Notes: generated by a model not told the origin, from the letters alone. Shown: positions 28,928 through 39,598, numbered from the stretch's first letter. The stretch is DNA of 53,836 bases from Candidatus Proteinoplasmatales archaeon SG8-5 (GCA_001595885.1 LSSH01000059.1:1-53836), one strand, 5' to 3'. Numbers and translations are program-made.

Positions 28928-31861
28928 TTGATGGTGGGCGTATACAAATCCGGACCTAAGATATCCGTTATTATCATGACCGTTGTCCTAATTATTACAT
29001 TTATTACGGTCCCTGGATATCTGAAGGCCGACGAGAGCAATGAAGGATCTAAAATCCCAACGAACCAACCTCCTCAACCGTCCCAGACCGACCGGACCTT
29101 TGAGATATCGTCCTTAATCTTAAGGTCAGATGACGCGTTGGTTGGGAAGCACATTCAAAACCTCCAGGATTTCGAGACAAGATACTCATATCGTCCGGAT
29201 AAATGCGACAAGGCGGCCGAATATATATACCAGGTCTTCGACTCCAACGGCCTCAATGCCTCATACGATGATTTTGTATTCAACCACTTTGAGATGCGAA
29301 ACGTCATCGGCGAACTCCGCGGCACGGCCTACCCCGATTCCATCTACATCATATGCGCCCATTACGACTCGACCGGCACAATGCCCTGGGGCTTCGCCCC
29401 GGGCGCGGACGACAACGGCAGCGGTACAGCCGCCGTTCTTGCCGCGGCAGAGCTCCTTTCGGACTACGAGTTCAATCACACGATTAGGTTCATTGCCTTT
29501 TCGGGAGAAGAGCAGGGTCTTACTGGAAGCGGACACTATGCAAGCGTGGTCAAAGGCGAGGCTCAGAACATATCCGGAGTATTGAACCTCGATATGATAG
29601 CATACAATCCCGAACCAGCGTCAGTTGACGTTCGAATCAGACACAACGCCCCGTCTACCAGCCTGGCAAATTACATTAATAACGTATCGCAAAAATACCA
29701 GTCAATCAACTCAATAACCGCCACGGCCGTTCTGGACGGAACCACCAACAGCGATCACGCGTCCTTCTGGCCGGAGTACGAAGCCATTCAATTTTTCGAA
29801 AGACAGTTCAATACCCCACACTATCATTCGTCCACTGACATCATAGACAATTGTAATTTGACATATTCAGCCAATTGCACTCAAATCGCCATCGCCTCAC
29901 TTGCAGAGTTGGCCGGGCTCATCGGCACCGACACCTCGCCGCCCGCGCTTTCACCGGGATTCCCGCCGCCAAACGGTTTTGGAAAACCCGACCCGATAAT
30001 CTCAATCGAAATTACAGATCCCGCGCCGCTCAATATCTCAACGATGGAAATGCAGGTGGACGGCCTTCAAGTCGTTCCCAATCAGGAAATCATACCACTG
30101 GGTTTGAATCTGACCTACGATACGCCCCTGACATATCCGGATGGCGCGATCGTGAATGTGAGCATATTTGTGGAGGACATACACGGCAATGGAATCAATT
30201 ACTCCTGGGTCTTCATGATAGATGGTATCGCACCTCAGCCGCCATCAAACCCCGCGATATCTGTGACCCGCATTGAGGCGGTCAAACAGGGGCTGGTCAT
30301 CGACTCGAATACTACCGGGGTCGACGACAGATATGCTTGGGCGCCTTCGGTGATATTTCACGATAATGAATATAAGATGTGGTATTCTGCCCGGAGTCAA
30401 ACGAACTTCCACATTGCCTATGCAAACTCGACAGACGGTCTGAATTGGAACAAGTATGGGGTTGTGATTGCGCAAGGAACCTCAGGCGAGCCCGATTCAG
30501 GTCGAGCGCTTTATCCTACCGTTATATTTGATAACGGGGAATACACGATGTGGTATTCAGCGTATGACTCATCACATTACCGTATCATGTATGCGAACTC
30601 AACGGACGGCCTGTCTTGGACAAAACAAAGCATAGTCCTCGATAACGGCGGAATCAGCCAATATGATACCTACAACGCTTATATGCCCTCCGTAATAAAA
30701 ACTAACGAATACGAGATGTGGTATACAGGAACAAACGGTCGAGGCGACTGGCTGTTATATGCCAACTCTACAGACGGCATTAACTGGAATAAATGGCCAG
30801 AACCGGTAATGACAAAAGAATCAGACCTGCGGTATTCAAAAGGCCGCATCTGTTTTAGTACTGTTGCGTATGATGGCGAATATCATATGTGGTATTCAGG
30901 TTTTGACGGGTCCAGGCATAGGACCTTATACGCCAATTCATCAAACGGTATATATTGGGAAAGGCTAGGCCTGGCCGTCAATACAGGCATCAATGGGGAA
31001 AACGATTTCCTCCAGGCGATGTGGTGCTCAGCGATCATAACACCGAACGAAACAAAACTTTGGTACTCGGGATATGCGGGGGACGGTAAATATAGAATTT
31101 TATATGCTAACATAAGCATGGCAGATTACCAAACCGGCCTGGAGGTCAACTGGGCGCCGTCAACGTCAACCGACATCCTCCACTATGAGATATGCCGCGC
31201 CAACAGCCTATCTGGACTTACTCCCTGGGTAACATATCTGATAATGAATGACACGGCCTTCGTCGAGAACGGGATCGGAGATGAGGATGATAACAATTAT
31301 TACTATAGAATAAGGTCCGTGGACAAGGTGGGCCAGTATTCCGAATGTCCGCAAATCGTTGGCAAGATCGGCAACAACGCCGCCCAAGGTTGGAACCTCG
31401 TGGGCAACCCATTCATTGAGGGGAACTCGACCCTTGCCGGCCCGCTCAGTACAGTCGACTGGAACGCTGCCATGATATATGATATCTACGACCCCGCCCA
31501 CCCATGGAAAAGCAACCACACCGACAGGCCCCCGCAACTCAACACGCTGGGTTATGTGAATCAAACAACGGGAATTTGGATAAACGTAGTCGCACCGGAA
31601 AGTTACACATCCACCGGAACCGTCACGAACATATCAATATATCTTCTAGAGGGTTGGAACCTGGTTGCATACCCGCATCATGACGTCAAGATAGTGAGTC
31701 AAGCGCTGACAGGACTCCCATATGACATTGTGGAGAGATTCAACCCGGCCGCGCCGTATTACATATCGACAATGGGAGCGACCGACCCGATGTATCCAGG
31801 GTACTCATACTGGATACACATGACGTCTGCCGCAGTCTGGTTTGCCGTCAACGAATTGTAA
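28928..31861 (+). CDS. Secreted M28 peptidase fused to a 5-repeat GH43/32-like beta-propeller, FN3-like and GWNLV C-terminal domains
   Basis: Signal peptide; AHYDS, GADDNGSG, GEEQGL, NLDMI, SDH, YHS; five P.VI...Y.MWY.G...YANS.DG..W repeats. Confidence 0.88.
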   Translation: MMVGVYKSGPKISVIIMTVVLIITFITVPGYLKADESNEGSKIPTNQPPQPSQTDRTFEISSLILRSDDALVGKHIQNLQDFETRYSYRPDKCDKAAEYIYQVFDSNGLNASYDDFVFNHFEMRNVIGELRGTAYPDSIYIICAHYDSTGTMPWGFAPGADDNGSGTAAVLAAAELLSDYEFNHTIRFIAFSGEEQGLTGSGHYASVVKGEAQNISGVLNLDMIAYNPEPASVDVRIRHNAPSTSLANYINNVSQKYQSINSITATAVLDGTTNSDHASFWPEYEAIQFFERQFNTPHYHSSTDIIDNCNLTYSANCTQIAIASLAELAGLIGTDTSPPALSPGFPPPNGFGKPDPIISIEITDPAPLNISTMEMQVDGLQVVPNQEIIPLGLNLTYDTPLTYPDGAIVNVSIFVEDIHGNGINYSWVFMIDGIAPQPPSNPAISVTRIEAVKQGLVIDSNTTGVDDRYAWAPSVIFHDNEYKMWYSARSQTNFHIAYANSTDGLNWNKYGVVIAQGTSGEPDSGRALYPTVIFDNGEYTMWYSAYDSSHYRIMYANSTDGLSWTKQSIVLDNGGISQYDTYNAYMPSVIKTNEYEMWYTGTNGRGDWLLYANSTDGINWNKWPEPVMTKESDLRYSKGRICFSTVAYDGEYHMWYSGFDGSRHRTLYANSSNGIYWERLGLAVNTGINGENDFLQAMWCSAIITPNETKLWYSGYAGDGKYRILYANISMADYQTGLEVNWAPSTSTDILHYEICRANSLSGLTPWVTYLIMNDTAFVENGIGDEDDNNYYYRIRSVDKVGQYSECPQIVGKIGNNAAQGWNLVGNPFIEGNSTLAGPLSTVDWNAAMIYDIYDPAHPWKSNHTDRPPQLNTLGYVNQTTGIWINVVAPESYTSTGTVTNISIYLLEGWNLVAYPHHDVKIVSQALTGLPYDIVERFNPAAPYYISTMGATDPMYPGYSYWIHMTSAAVWFAVNEL

Positions 31862-32167
31862 CAATTCCGTGATCCTTACCACAACCACCAATCAGTAAAC
31901 TATATTTCCGATGAAAGACATTGATGTACGCCCCTGCGAAGGTCGTGCAGATGCGGGATTCTTCGAATGCCGAGGTGATGCGCGATGCATATGGGGGTCG
32001 TCTTCGAAAAGAGACGCGGGCGCTCTATGGGTCCCTCCAGGACAAAGGCGTGACGCCTGTGGATGACTGGAGAACAACCCACGCGTCCAACACCCCCTCG
32101 GCCAGGGTCAGGGTACGGAGATAGCTGAGCTTACGATGAGGTTTCCTGTTACGGCCGAGGGACACAC

Positions 32168-35100
32168 TTAGGGTTTATTCTCCGGAGGTCCGCCCTCTGG
32201 CGTAGTGTCATTTGTAACGGATGGCTTTCCTCCTGGTCCCTTCTCCTCAACACCCTGTGTGTTGGACAAGGCATCCGGGATTTCACCCGCATCCCCGTTC
32301 GTCGCCTTGTCTACAGAAGCATCTGTTTGGTCGGCCGATCTTTTCCCCAGCTCCTTCCTCAGCTTCTTGATCTCGACGTTAGCGCGCCTCATCTTCATGC
32401 GCAGAGCGCGGCCCCTGATGTATTGGGCGCATATGATGACGGATAACATGAATATGACAGCCAGAAGCCACCAGATCTCATCCAGTGAGGATCCGGCCGA
32501 TTCTGACTCGGTAACGAATTGCCAAGCGACATCATTGCCGATGGTGTTGCCGTCAAGGTCACTGGCAGAAGCAGACAGCCTAGCCGTGTAGGTCGTATTG
32601 TAGGCCAGAGCCGAGGTGGGTGTGAACTTGAAGGCCGTCCCGCTAACGCTCCAGGAAAATGAGCCGTTAACGGTCGTAGAGCCATTCATTACAGTGAACG
32701 CATTTTCCACGGCCGTCCTGTTCATCACCTTGCTGAAATCCACGGCAATGAATGTGTTGATGAGCACGCCAGTCGAATTATGGTCGGGAAATACGTCCTC
32801 GACGACCGGAGGCGTCTGGTCAATGCTGCTGGCAACGGTGAACCGGAGCATGTATTCATCCCCGCCAAGCCCGTCACCGTTGCCGTCGATCCTGTTACCG
32901 TCCACATCCGTTGCCAAACCATGGATCGAAATCAAATACTGAGTAGCCTCGGCAAGTGTTTGATTGAGGACCAGCGTGAGGTTCATGTCCTGACCCTGCC
33001 ATACGGATGTGAACCCGAAGGTCGGCGTGACAGTCAGCCCGTTGAGAACCGATACCGTATCCATGGATTTGCTGAAGTTCAGCATGATGGCGCCGATGTC
33101 GACCGGCACACCTATGTCACCGTTGATAGGATACGAGGAGGTCACCTCCGGCGGTTTGGGCGCCGTGGAAAAAGAGAAGACGTGATCATCCCCAACCTCG
33201 ATAACGTCGTTGCCGTTGCCGTCTAATGGCATGTCATAGGCCGAACGGGCCGATGAGTTCAATGTAACAGTATAGACGGCATCATAGTCTAGTATGACCG
33301 CAGGCCTGAAGGAGAAGACCTTGTCATCGTCGAACCACTCTACAGTACCGCTGGACGAATCCTTTTCTAGGATTCCGTTTGTATAGCTGAAAGCATCCTC
33401 GACGGAGGCCGTGTTCATCTCGATGTTGAATATCAGATTCAGTATCATGTTCGCTGGGATGTTGGACGAGCCGTCCGGGGGATTGGTGTGTATCACCTTC
33501 GGAAGGGGCGGGTCCAACCAGGTCGTGAACTGGGATGTGAAGTTATCTCCGCCGACGCCGTCCCTATCCCCGTCCAGATTAGAGCCGCCCTGGTCCCTGA
33601 CCCACAAGCTGTCCAGCAAAATGGTATGCGTCGTGTTGTTCGCCAGGGCCGATGCCGGCTGGAACGTCATGATGGTCATCGCGGGATTCCAGGTCACGGT
33701 CCCGTCAGCGACCGTCAGGTTCGTCAATCCGTCAGATACACTGAAGCCGTTCTGGGTGAAGGCCATGTGCATGGGCTTTGAGAACTGGACCATTATCTCG
33801 GTGTTCGGGTCCACCTCGGTCAAACCGTCATCCGGATATGTCGAGAGAACGACGGGCGGAGGCTCCCCCGTCGTGAAGTTCCACGTTAATACGTCCTCGG
33901 GCCAGTCATCTACGGTGCCGTTCTTGTTACCATCAAGATTATTACCATTTATATCGGTCGCGGAACTGTTGATGGAGACGTCGTAAGTCGTATCCAGCAT
34001 CAGATATGCCGACGGTGTGAACGTTGACGTGTTCGTGGATTCAATATGGCTCCACATCCCATCGGAGCTGTCGAACACGGTAGTTCCGTTCGAATAACCG
34101 AACGCCTCCTCGACGGACGTCCAGTTCATGGTCTCGTTCCAGACGATGACGAACTGAGCATCGATCGGCACAGCGGTGCCGTTGGGGCCGTGGGCCTTGG
34201 CGAAGGGCAGATACACATCCTCGTAAATTGTGGTGAAGTTCCAAGATAGGACATCAGCCGGCCAATAGCCGCCGGTGCCGTTTTTATCTTGATCAAGAAG
34301 GTTGTTCGCCAGGTCCTTGGCTGTGACATTGATATTCACCCAATACTCTGTAGAATAGTTCAGTGCTTCAGTTGGGGTAAACACAGACGTATTCGCCGTG
34401 TAATTATGGGCCCACGTGCCATTCGAGGAGTTCCAAACGGTTACATTGTCAGTGTAATTGAAGGCCTCTTCCACTGACGTCCAGTTCATCGTTTCGTTCC
34501 AATGAATCATGATTGGTGAATAGATGGGGGCGAGGGTACCGTTTGGCGAGAAGCCAAGGGCGTAAGGGGGAAGCCCTTCGGCAAATGACTGACCAGCATA
34601 GGGAGCCATCAAAGGATACCTGTCTATCGAATTTCCGTCAATAATGTATGGATTGTCACAGACTCCATCAAGATCCGCATCAGGGCCAGTATGAGTGTCA
34701 TAGTAATTGCCCCCAAGCGGGTAATCACCATCCCAAATCATGGCCCCGTCATCTACTATATTAACTGTATTGTTAAAAAACCCGTTATGAAATAATAAAT
34801 TAGTATACAAAACGATTGAAGCATTGAAACCTATGTTGTTATCCATTAGTGTATTATTCTCAATAGTACAATTGTAAGAATCGGATAATTGAATTCCATT
34901 GTCCATATTGTTGTGAGCATCATTCTGAGTAACATTGATCATGAAACAATCGTGTATCAATATTCCGTACGAATTGTTAACCAGAGTATTGTTATGCACT
35001 GTACTAAAAGATGAATTGCTGATTACAATTCCCCCGCCCATGAAAAACGGATATAAGGCTTGGCCTCTTGAATTATTTAGCGTACAATTCATTATGTTAA

Positions 35101-35392
35101 AGTGGTCCGTCGTATTCGCCACGTAGATGCAGGGGCCAGTTCCGGTGCCGTTGATCTCGTAATTCTCAATCTCCCACGGCGTGGCAGCACTCCCATCTCC
35201 CCCTGTCGCGACGCCGGGAAAATCGGCATCGCTGTCTATTCTGATGGGCGCGTGCGGGGCCAGCACACGCTGCTTTTCTTGGGCATCACCCACGCTCACT
35301 GGCGTGATAATGGCTACGCCTCCAATCATTAAGCCTATGACCAGAATCACCGATAACGCCGTCTTTCCCATCACACGCATCCCGTTTCCCAT
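32168..35392 (-). CDS. Large cell-surface protein: NosD/CASH beta-helix, about six Big_5-like Ig domains, C-terminal TM and coiled coil
   Basis: HAPIRID...WEIEN; Asn-rich beta-helix; GGNYY/DRYPL; repeated P.V....P...V......FSK.M...SV..AF with LDGNGDG loops; start uncertain. Confidence 0.85.
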   Translation of the reverse strand: MGNGMRVMGKTALSVILVIGLMIGGVAIITPVSVGDAQEKQRVLAPHAPIRIDSDADFPGVATGGDGSAATPWEIENYEINGTGTGPCIYVANTTDHFNIMNCTLNNSRGQALYPFFMGGGIVISNSSFSTVHNNTLVNNSYGILIHDCFMINVTQNDAHNNMDNGIQLSDSYNCTIENNTLMDNNIGFNASIVLYTNLLFHNGFFNNTVNIVDDGAMIWDGDYPLGGNYYDTHTGPDADLDGVCDNPYIIDGNSIDRYPLMAPYAGQSFAEGLPPYALGFSPNGTLAPIYSPIMIHWNETMNWTSVEEAFNYTDNVTVWNSSNGTWAHNYTANTSVFTPTEALNYSTEYWVNINVTAKDLANNLLDQDKNGTGGYWPADVLSWNFTTIYEDVYLPFAKAHGPNGTAVPIDAQFVIVWNETMNWTSVEEAFGYSNGTTVFDSSDGMWSHIESTNTSTFTPSAYLMLDTTYDVSINSSATDINGNNLDGNKNGTVDDWPEDVLTWNFTTGEPPPVVLSTYPDDGLTEVDPNTEIMVQFSKPMHMAFTQNGFSVSDGLTNLTVADGTVTWNPAMTIMTFQPASALANNTTHTILLDSLWVRDQGGSNLDGDRDGVGGDNFTSQFTTWLDPPLPKVIHTNPPDGSSNIPANMILNLIFNIEMNTASVEDAFSYTNGILEKDSSSGTVEWFDDDKVFSFRPAVILDYDAVYTVTLNSSARSAYDMPLDGNGNDVIEVGDDHVFSFSTAPKPPEVTSSYPINGDIGVPVDIGAIMLNFSKSMDTVSVLNGLTVTPTFGFTSVWQGQDMNLTLVLNQTLAEATQYLISIHGLATDVDGNRIDGNGDGLGGDEYMLRFTVASSIDQTPPVVEDVFPDHNSTGVLINTFIAVDFSKVMNRTAVENAFTVMNGSTTVNGSFSWSVSGTAFKFTPTSALAYNTTYTARLSASASDLDGNTIGNDVAWQFVTESESAGSSLDEIWWLLAVIFMLSVIICAQYIRGRALRMKMRRANVEIKKLRKELGKRSADQTDASVDKATNGDAGEIPDALSNTQGVEEKGPGGKPSVTNDTTPEGGPPENKP

Positions 35393-35459
35393 ATTGGTTA
35401 CTCTCATAAATAATCTGTTGTCCAAAAGGGATTTATGGCGATTGTCGTTTTACCGCAGC

Positions 35460-35696
35460 ATGGAGCGCATCTACGTCCTGGCGAAGATCAACGCCGATTC
35501 GTTGCAGGAGACCATAGCCGGGCTGCACAAGGTGAAGGGCGTCAAGGCGGTGGACTCGGTTACGGGGTCATATGACATGGTGGTGTGCATCGAGGGCGAC
35601 AACATCGCCCGCATGCTCTCAACCGTGGTCAAGGAGGTGCGTAACATACCCGGGATTATTACGACGGAAACGCTCGTGGTCATCGGAATCGATTGA
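35460..35696 (+). CDS. Stand-alone Lrp/AsnC ligand-binding (RAM) domain protein
   Basis: MERIYVL...VTGSYDMVV...VRNIPGIITTETLV; no HTH; ATG 35460. Confidence 0.85.
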   Translation: MERIYVLAKINADSLQETIAGLHKVKGVKAVDSVTGSYDMVVCIEGDNIARMLSTVVKEVRNIPGIITTETLVVIGID

Positions 35697-35760
35697 TCGG
35701 TAGGTCGGGCCGGCATCCCGGCAATTGGAGTTCTACGCAATATTGATATGGCAATTCCCA

Positions 35761-36711
35761 ATGTCACGCATGATGCGGTTCAGGACATACGACGAGGTCG
35801 ACCCGCGGGCGGTCGCCAATCTCGCGTTGGCGGGTTTCGGATGGAATCTTGACGCGTACAGCGTCAGGAAGCTCAGGAGGCAGGACAAGAACTGCCCGGA
35901 CTGGTTCGCCATGTACGCGGTCGATGACGAAGACGTCATAGGCCAGGTGGGCGCGGCCTACCCGACCATCCAGACGGCCGAAGGACCGATGAAGCTCGGT
36001 TATATCTGGGGGGTCACGACCCAGCCGGACAAGACCCAAAAGGGCGTTGCCAGGAAGCTCATGGAGCGCGTCCACGAGCAGATGAGGGAGGACGGCGCCG
36101 GCATCTTCGCATTGAGCACGATGAGGTCGCTGGTCGCACATGGCCTATACGTGTCCCTTGGGTACCATCATGTTCAGCCGTACGGTTGGAACCAACGCCC
36201 CATACGCAAGTACAAGAGGGAGGGCATCAGGGTCAACATCAGGAAGCGGAGCACGACCCAGATGTTCGAGCTATACAGGACGTTCAGCAAGGGCGCCTTC
36301 GGTTTCGTCCACCGCCACCCCAAGTTCGTGGAGACAAGGTGCCTATGGTTCCCGTACATCTCCGAGATCAATGTCTTCACACGTGATGATGAACCATTGG
36401 GTTATGCCCTGGTCCTGTCAGGCAAGAGGGGAGTGGTCATTCGGGAGATATTTTGCCCCATATCCAGTAACATCCCCGGATGCGTCAGGGCCATCGAGAA
36501 CAGGTACCAGCGCAGGAACATCACCTGCCTATCCCACAGCAGGGACGACGTAATCAAAGCATTGGGTTCGGTGGACCTGGCACCCGAGAGGCCGAGTTTC
36601 GGTGTGCTCATGATGCGGATGCCCAAAGGACGTTCATCAGAGAAATCGATCAAGAAACTCGTGGGGAAAGACAGGGGCCGTTTCCAGTTCACTGCCACTG
36701 ATGAATATTGA
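35761..36711 (+). CDS. GNAT acetyltransferase (Eis-like N-terminus)
   Basis: GYIWGVTTQPDKTQKGVARKLM, LYVSLGY. Confidence 0.8.
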   Translation: MSRMMRFRTYDEVDPRAVANLALAGFGWNLDAYSVRKLRRQDKNCPDWFAMYAVDDEDVIGQVGAAYPTIQTAEGPMKLGYIWGVTTQPDKTQKGVARKLMERVHEQMREDGAGIFALSTMRSLVAHGLYVSLGYHHVQPYGWNQRPIRKYKREGIRVNIRKRSTTQMFELYRTFSKGAFGFVHRHPKFVETRCLWFPYISEINVFTRDDEPLGYALVLSGKRGVVIREIFCPISSNIPGCVRAIENRYQRRNITCLSHSRDDVIKALGSVDLAPERPSFGVLMMRMPKGRSSEKSIKKLVGKDRGRFQFTATDEY

Positions 36712-36773
36712 CATAATGCAGGGGATGGGGTATTTTTCAAATAAGTATGGGCCATCCAATGACCAAATCAGGT

Positions 36774-37970
36774 TCACATGAACACCAGGGCAAGGGCCAG
36801 TGCCACTATTAGTATTATCAGGGCAGGAGGCACTATCTTCTTCAGAAAGGCCTTCAGGTCAACCCTGAAGTACTCGAGCGAAACAGATATGCAGGGGTGG
36901 ACGGGCGATATCAGATAACCCATGAATATGCTGATGTAGCAGATGGCGAAGTGGAGGGGCGCCATCGCACCGAGCCCGGTCGTCCCGAGGTAGATGGGGA
37001 TTATTATCGAGGCCGGGACCTGTATCCTGCCGGTAACCAAACCCAGTAGGAAACCGAATCCCACGCACAAGCCAACAGCGGACAGGTCGAGGGAGGCTAT
37101 CAGCTCGGGAACCCCGGACCTCAGGAACACGCCCAGGAAGAGGAACATCCCAAGGATTATCAACCCGAAGTTCCACGGCTTCATCTTCTTTGCCACAACG
37201 GAAACCTTCGAGGCCGGAAGACGGGAAAAATAATAGGCAAGGACCAATGAAATCATAACGCCGGTGACAAGGGCCGACTCCCTTATCGGAACACCGATTC
37301 CCCGGAAAAGTATGAAATCGAAGATGGGCGCGGCCATCAGAACGCCCAGCGGGATAAACAGGCCCTTTCTGGAGAAGGGCTCGGGACCGGATATCCTGCC
37401 CTCGGCCTCCCTGAGGAAGAAGAGGTATCCGATCAATATGGTGAAAGCGAAGAAGGGGAAGAGATAGGGTATGACCTCGTAAACACCCAGGCCTGCCAGG
37501 TAAGTGGCCACGATCAGCGCCGTGCTGAGGGGATAGACAAGATATATCACGTGCCTGAACCAGACGTTGAGGGCGACCTTCGTGTCGCCGCGGACACCTT
37601 CCCCCCCTCTCCTAACCAGCGGGGCGGAGAGCAAGGCTCCGCCCGGCATGGGCAGCATGCCGACCAACGCGGGGGAGATGCCCAGGAACGCGCGCCTGCG
37701 GATCCTCAGATTGTTAACAAGGCTCTTCATCTGACCGGACGCCTCCATGATGCCTCCTATCATCGGGATGAGGGCTACGGCGAGTGCCAGGAACAGTATT
37801 CCAATATCAGTGAAGGTATCCGTTCCCACACCCCAAAAGTCGTCGGGGGCCATTGTGAAGTAGGCCAAGACCAAGGATGCGGCGAACAATGAGAACCCGA
37901 GGTGCCATCTTGAAAGGACCAAGATGGTTAGAATTGACAGAATAAATCCGGGCCAGACCAATTCGTTCAT
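36774..37970 (-). CDS. DUF401/TIGR00529 family membrane transporter-like protein
   Basis: PALVGMLPMPGGALLSAP, NVWFRH, GYLISPVHPC; many TM. Confidence 0.85.
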   Translation of the reverse strand: MNELVWPGFILSILTILVLSRWHLGFSLFAASLVLAYFTMAPDDFWGVGTDTFTDIGILFLALAVALIPMIGGIMEASGQMKSLVNNLRIRRRAFLGISPALVGMLPMPGGALLSAPLVRRGGEGVRGDTKVALNVWFRHVIYLVYPLSTALIVATYLAGLGVYEVIPYLFPFFAFTILIGYLFFLREAEGRISGPEPFSRKGLFIPLGVLMAAPIFDFILFRGIGVPIRESALVTGVMISLVLAYYFSRLPASKVSVVAKKMKPWNFGLIILGMFLFLGVFLRSGVPELIASLDLSAVGLCVGFGFLLGLVTGRIQVPASIIIPIYLGTTGLGAMAPLHFAICYISIFMGYLISPVHPCISVSLEYFRVDLKAFLKKIVPPALIILIVALALALVFM

Positions 37971-38186
37971 TGGTTGCACATGGGCCAGAGAGAGATAAGG
38001 GTTTTGGAGTACGACTCTTTATCAATATCCACGCGTGTCAAACCGACAAACAGACTTCGTATTAAAATGAAGGCAATCGCTAGTTTGTCTGCCTGGACCA
38101 ACTTCTTAGTCGCGAAATTTGTCAATTCGTAGTTGGTCTGGCTTGATTTTACAGAATACATGTACTAACTTAAAAAAATCAAGCAG

Positions 38187-38259
38187 CGCCCCGGCCGGAA
38201 TTTGAATCCGAGTCCCGGGCTCGACAGGCCCGGATGATAGGCCACTACACTACCGGGGC
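38187..38259 (-). tRNA. tRNA-Asp(GUC)
   Basis: GCCCCGG/CCGGGGC acceptor stem; CGGGC-CTGTCGA-GCCCG anticodon arm; TTCAAAT T-loop; discriminator G; no encoded CCA; downstream T-run. Confidence 0.96.
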
Positions 38260-38359
38260 ATATTGCGGTTGATTACAGTGAATATGATGCGGTGGTAAAT
38301 AGTTCAGCGCTCCCGCATTGGCGCACCGAATCACAAACACCCTAAAAACTCCCTGATTT

Positions 38360-39598
38360 TTAATGGTTTGGATAGACCTCTCCTCTGAGATGCGTCTTTT
38401 CATGACCAATTACGGTCACTTCATACCAGTGTCCCAGGGGCATATGGTTCTTAATAACAATGGGCCAGTAGTCTCGAGTCCTGAGGAATGTTGTCCCTGG
38501 TTGACGGCGCTCAGTCGCCAGTGCCTTGACCGTGTCACCGACCCTCCCATCAAACTTCTTTGACAGAATATCGAATCTCAGATCAGTCAAGCTTCGGGAC
38601 CTCTCCTTTGCGATTCTGCTGACAACTTGCTCCCCCATTTCAGCCGCAGGAGTGTTGGGTCTGGTCGAGAACCTTGTTACGTTCACGATATCCGGCACAG
38701 TCTTTCTTATCAACTCTAGCGTTTCATCGTGATCTTCGTCCGTCTCTCCTGGAAATCCAACGATAATGTCCGTGGATATCGTAGAATCCGGATAGGCCCC
38801 TCTGAATGTATCGAGTATTCTGACGAAGTCCTCAGCCGCGTAACCGCGATCCATCCTATCCAGAACGGCGTCGCTTCCAGATTGGACGGGCAAGTGCAGG
38901 AATCTGAAGACCTTATCGTGTGTATATAACTCGATAATATCGTCAAGAACGTGTTTGGCATACCTTGGGTTCATCATGCCTATTCGGATCATGAATTCCC
39001 CGTCAAGCTTTGTCAGGGCGGAGACGAGCGTGTTAAGGTCACTCGAGATGTCCCTGCCGTATATGACCGTGTCCTGCGCGCAAACCTGAAGCTCGACTGT
39101 GCCGCGCCCGATCAGGTGCTTGGCCCTGTCAACGATGTCGTTCACTGGCCGGCTCTTCAACTCCCCCCTGGCGGCTTTCGTGACGCAATAAGCACAATCA
39201 CCAAGGCAACCGCTGGCAACAGGCAATATTCCGATTGGGGATTGTATGTAAGTTACCGCAGATGCGGTTCTGACATTGGCCCCAAGATGTTCCAACGCGG
39301 CTGGATTATCGGTCGGTTGTATCAGTATGGCCTTCGGGGCCACCGCGAGAATCTTCTCCGGGGCGATGTTACCGAGACAGCCGCATATCAACAGCTTCTC
39401 GAATCCGGCCAGTTCTCTGATCCGCTTGAGCATGCGACGTTCCGTGGTCTCTATGACACCGCAGGTGAAGAGGACCGCGGCATCGGCATCATCCACGTCA
39501 TCGGTTAGGCCATACCCGGATTCCAACACTGCTTGCGAGAACTCTTCGCCCTCGCCCCTGTTGAGCGTACAACCGTAGGATTCGACGAGCACCTTCAT
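38360..39598 (-). CDS. tRNA t6A37 methylthiotransferase (archaeal MiaB-like/e-MtaB)
   Basis: ESYGCTLN, GCLGDCAYC, RIGMMNP, LHLPVQSGSD, TDIIVGFPGET, TRAM domain. Confidence 0.9.
   Translation of the reverse strand: MKVLVESYGCTLNRGEGEEFSQAVLESGYGLTDDVDDADAAVLFTCGVIETTERRMLKRIRELAGFEKLLICGCLGNIAPEKILAVAPKAILIQPTDNPAALEHLGANVRTASAVTYIQSPIGILPVASGCLGDCAYCVTKAARGELKSRPVNDIVDRAKHLIGRGTVELQVCAQDTVIYGRDISSDLNTLVSALTKLDGEFMIRIGMMNPRYAKHVLDDIIELYTHDKVFRFLHLPVQSGSDAVLDRMDRGYAAEDFVRILDTFRGAYPDSTISTDIIVGFPGETDEDHDETLELIRKTVPDIVNVTRFSTRPNTPAAEMGEQVVSRIAKERSRSLTDLRFDILSKKFDGRVGDTVKALATERRQPGTTFLRTRDYWPIVIKNHMPLGHWYEVTVIGHEKTHLRGEVYPNH

Noticed and set aside
31921..32124. 67-aa ORF between the two surface-protein genes
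   Set aside because: No SD or motif; cannot be supported, though not excluded
35181..35459. N-terminal extension of the Lrp RAM-domain ORF
   Set aside because: Overlaps the divergent surface-protein gene; the domain begins at ATG 35460
38187..38259. Integrated element at tRNA-Asp
   Set aside because: No integrase and no duplicated tRNA 3' end seen in the window
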